Of a stretch of 64,000 nucleotides of DNA, positions 62,893 through 64,000 are shown piece after piece. Every line of letters starts with the position of its first letter. Position 1 is the stretch's first letter. The notes beneath the pieces were generated by a model. It was given only the letters and a program-made list of their open reading frames with translations. It was not told the DNA's origin and did no database searches. The translations under genes were made by a program, and so were the position numbers. Source of the DNA: Candidatus Latescibacterota bacterium (GTDB taxonomy: Bacteria > Latescibacterota > CBDEFO01); NCBI GenBank assembly GCA_965237525.1, contig CBDEFO010000008.1:1408001-1472000 (forward strand), in the 5' to 3' direction.

Positions 62893-63246
62893 CATTACAC
62901 TTAGGGACCGATGGATTTGTGCAAACGAGGAAATTGTTATTGATGAGATAGACTCCATAAACTCCCTGCGAAGTAGTCAAAATGGTATCAAATAAATCTA
63001 ATATTGCTTATACAGCCATGATTGAAGCATCGATGACAATAGTTTGTGATTGAACAATAACTGTGATGTTTTCGTCAGTGTAGATTTCCCTGTACGTATT
63101 TTGTGTTGGTCAGTACTACTTGAGGCTACCGGTATCAAAGGAGTTTTTGCTTTTCCGGATTCTCTCTACCATTTTCCCAATTGTCTATCCTCTATTGACA
63201 TCTACTCCCGACCGTTGTATCTTCCCTCTTAAATCTGATCCAAAAT

Positions 63247-63891
63247 GTGAGGACCCAAGTGAATCACGAACTCGTCTTCAGGGCAATCGTCATCACACTG
63301 TTCATTTCAGGCTTATCGGTCGGGGTGTACTATCGTAGGAAGGCGGCTCAATCTGGAGAAAAACTCTCGAGGCAAGAAGAAGGTCTGCCCATATTCATCG
63401 CGCTGAGACTATTTGGCTTTGCTGCCTGGATTTCTATATTGGTTTACATCGTTTATCCGCCTTGGATGCAATGGTCTACCTTGCAGATCCCCACAGTATT
63501 GCGTTGGTTTGGCGTGATTCTGGGGGCTGTATCTGTCCCCTTATTCTACTGGGTCTTTAGCAGTCTTGGCAAGAATGTAACTGATACAGTTGTGACCAGA
63601 AAACGACATACATTGGTCACAAGCGGACCCTATCGCTGGGTTCGGCACCCACTGTATGCTGTGTGGATTTTGTCTTGGATTGGGTTCACTTTACTTGCGG
63701 CAAATTGGTTTTTCATGCTAATGATCATCTTGGTCTTTACTGTGCTCCTCATTCGAACTCCCATTGAGGAGGCAAAACTGATAGAGAAGTTCGGCGACGA
63801 GTATTGTGGGTATATGAGGCATACAGGGCGCTTTCTACCGCACCTAAATATAATCAGGAGTTTGAGAAAACGATTCGCCGTCGACGTTTGA
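63247..63891 (+). CDS. Isoprenylcysteine carboxyl methyltransferase family membrane protein
   Basis: LVTSGPYRWVRHPLY, EEAKLIEKFGDEY..RFLP. Confidence 0.9.
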   Translation: MRTQVNHELVFRAIVITLFISGLSVGVYYRRKAAQSGEKLSRQEEGLPIFIALRLFGFAAWISILVYIVYPPWMQWSTLQIPTVLRWFGVILGAVSVPLFYWVFSSLGKNVTDTVVTRKRHTLVTSGPYRWVRHPLYAVWILSWIGFTLLAANWFFMLMIILVFTVLLIRTPIEEAKLIEKFGDEYCGYMRHTGRFLPHLNIIRSLRKRFAVDV

Positions 63892-63972
63892 CCTGCATCA
63901 GTGGTAGTGAACGTCTAGACTACGAAGCAGGAGGTTTTTACACAGCATGTTTGGTTCTCATTAGTAGTTATT

Positions 63973-64000
63973 GGTTATTTATCAAATGAAATCGGTGCAC
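63973..64000 (-). mobile_element. Right TIR of a second copy of the 18788-20089 IS, cut by the window edge
   Basis: GGTTATTTATCAAATGAAATCGGTGCAC is the exact reverse complement of 20062-20089. Confidence 0.85.

Overview
Bacterial chromosomal window. The inferred source is an FCB-superphylum organism, possibly Ca. Latescibacterota, based on the dockerin-like tail, the MGQxQIL pilin-like family, the short RpoD-type sigma and a SecA with FCB-type insertions. A housekeeping backbone (nfeD-slipin, bactofilin-M23, acpS, nnr, carB, ribD-ribE-ribBA-ribH-nusB-pgeF, secA, sigma70, bioD, ROK kinase, tRNA-Leu) is interspersed with accessory DNA: three near-identical IS1182-family copies, one complete and one edge copy of an unclassified DDE IS, GTAG-type REP-like repeats, two tandem-repeat arrays and several frameshifted or decayed genes. 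Most notable: (1) a co-oriented run of STAS-HATPase kinase, STAS-wHTH, HEPN-like, NurA, HAS-barrel and HerA genes, which may be a kinase-controlled nuclease/helicase module; (2) a direct-repeat-bounded islet holding two attC-terminated cassettes (BsuPI-like and hicBA) with no integrase; (3) a RibBA whose DHBP-synthase catalytic motifs are degenerate; (4) a tRNA-Leu-adjacent region with an origin-like inverted repeat, a perfect 9x23-bp array and a stand-alone FliF C-terminus-like protein. All calls were made by eye from motifs; no searches were run.
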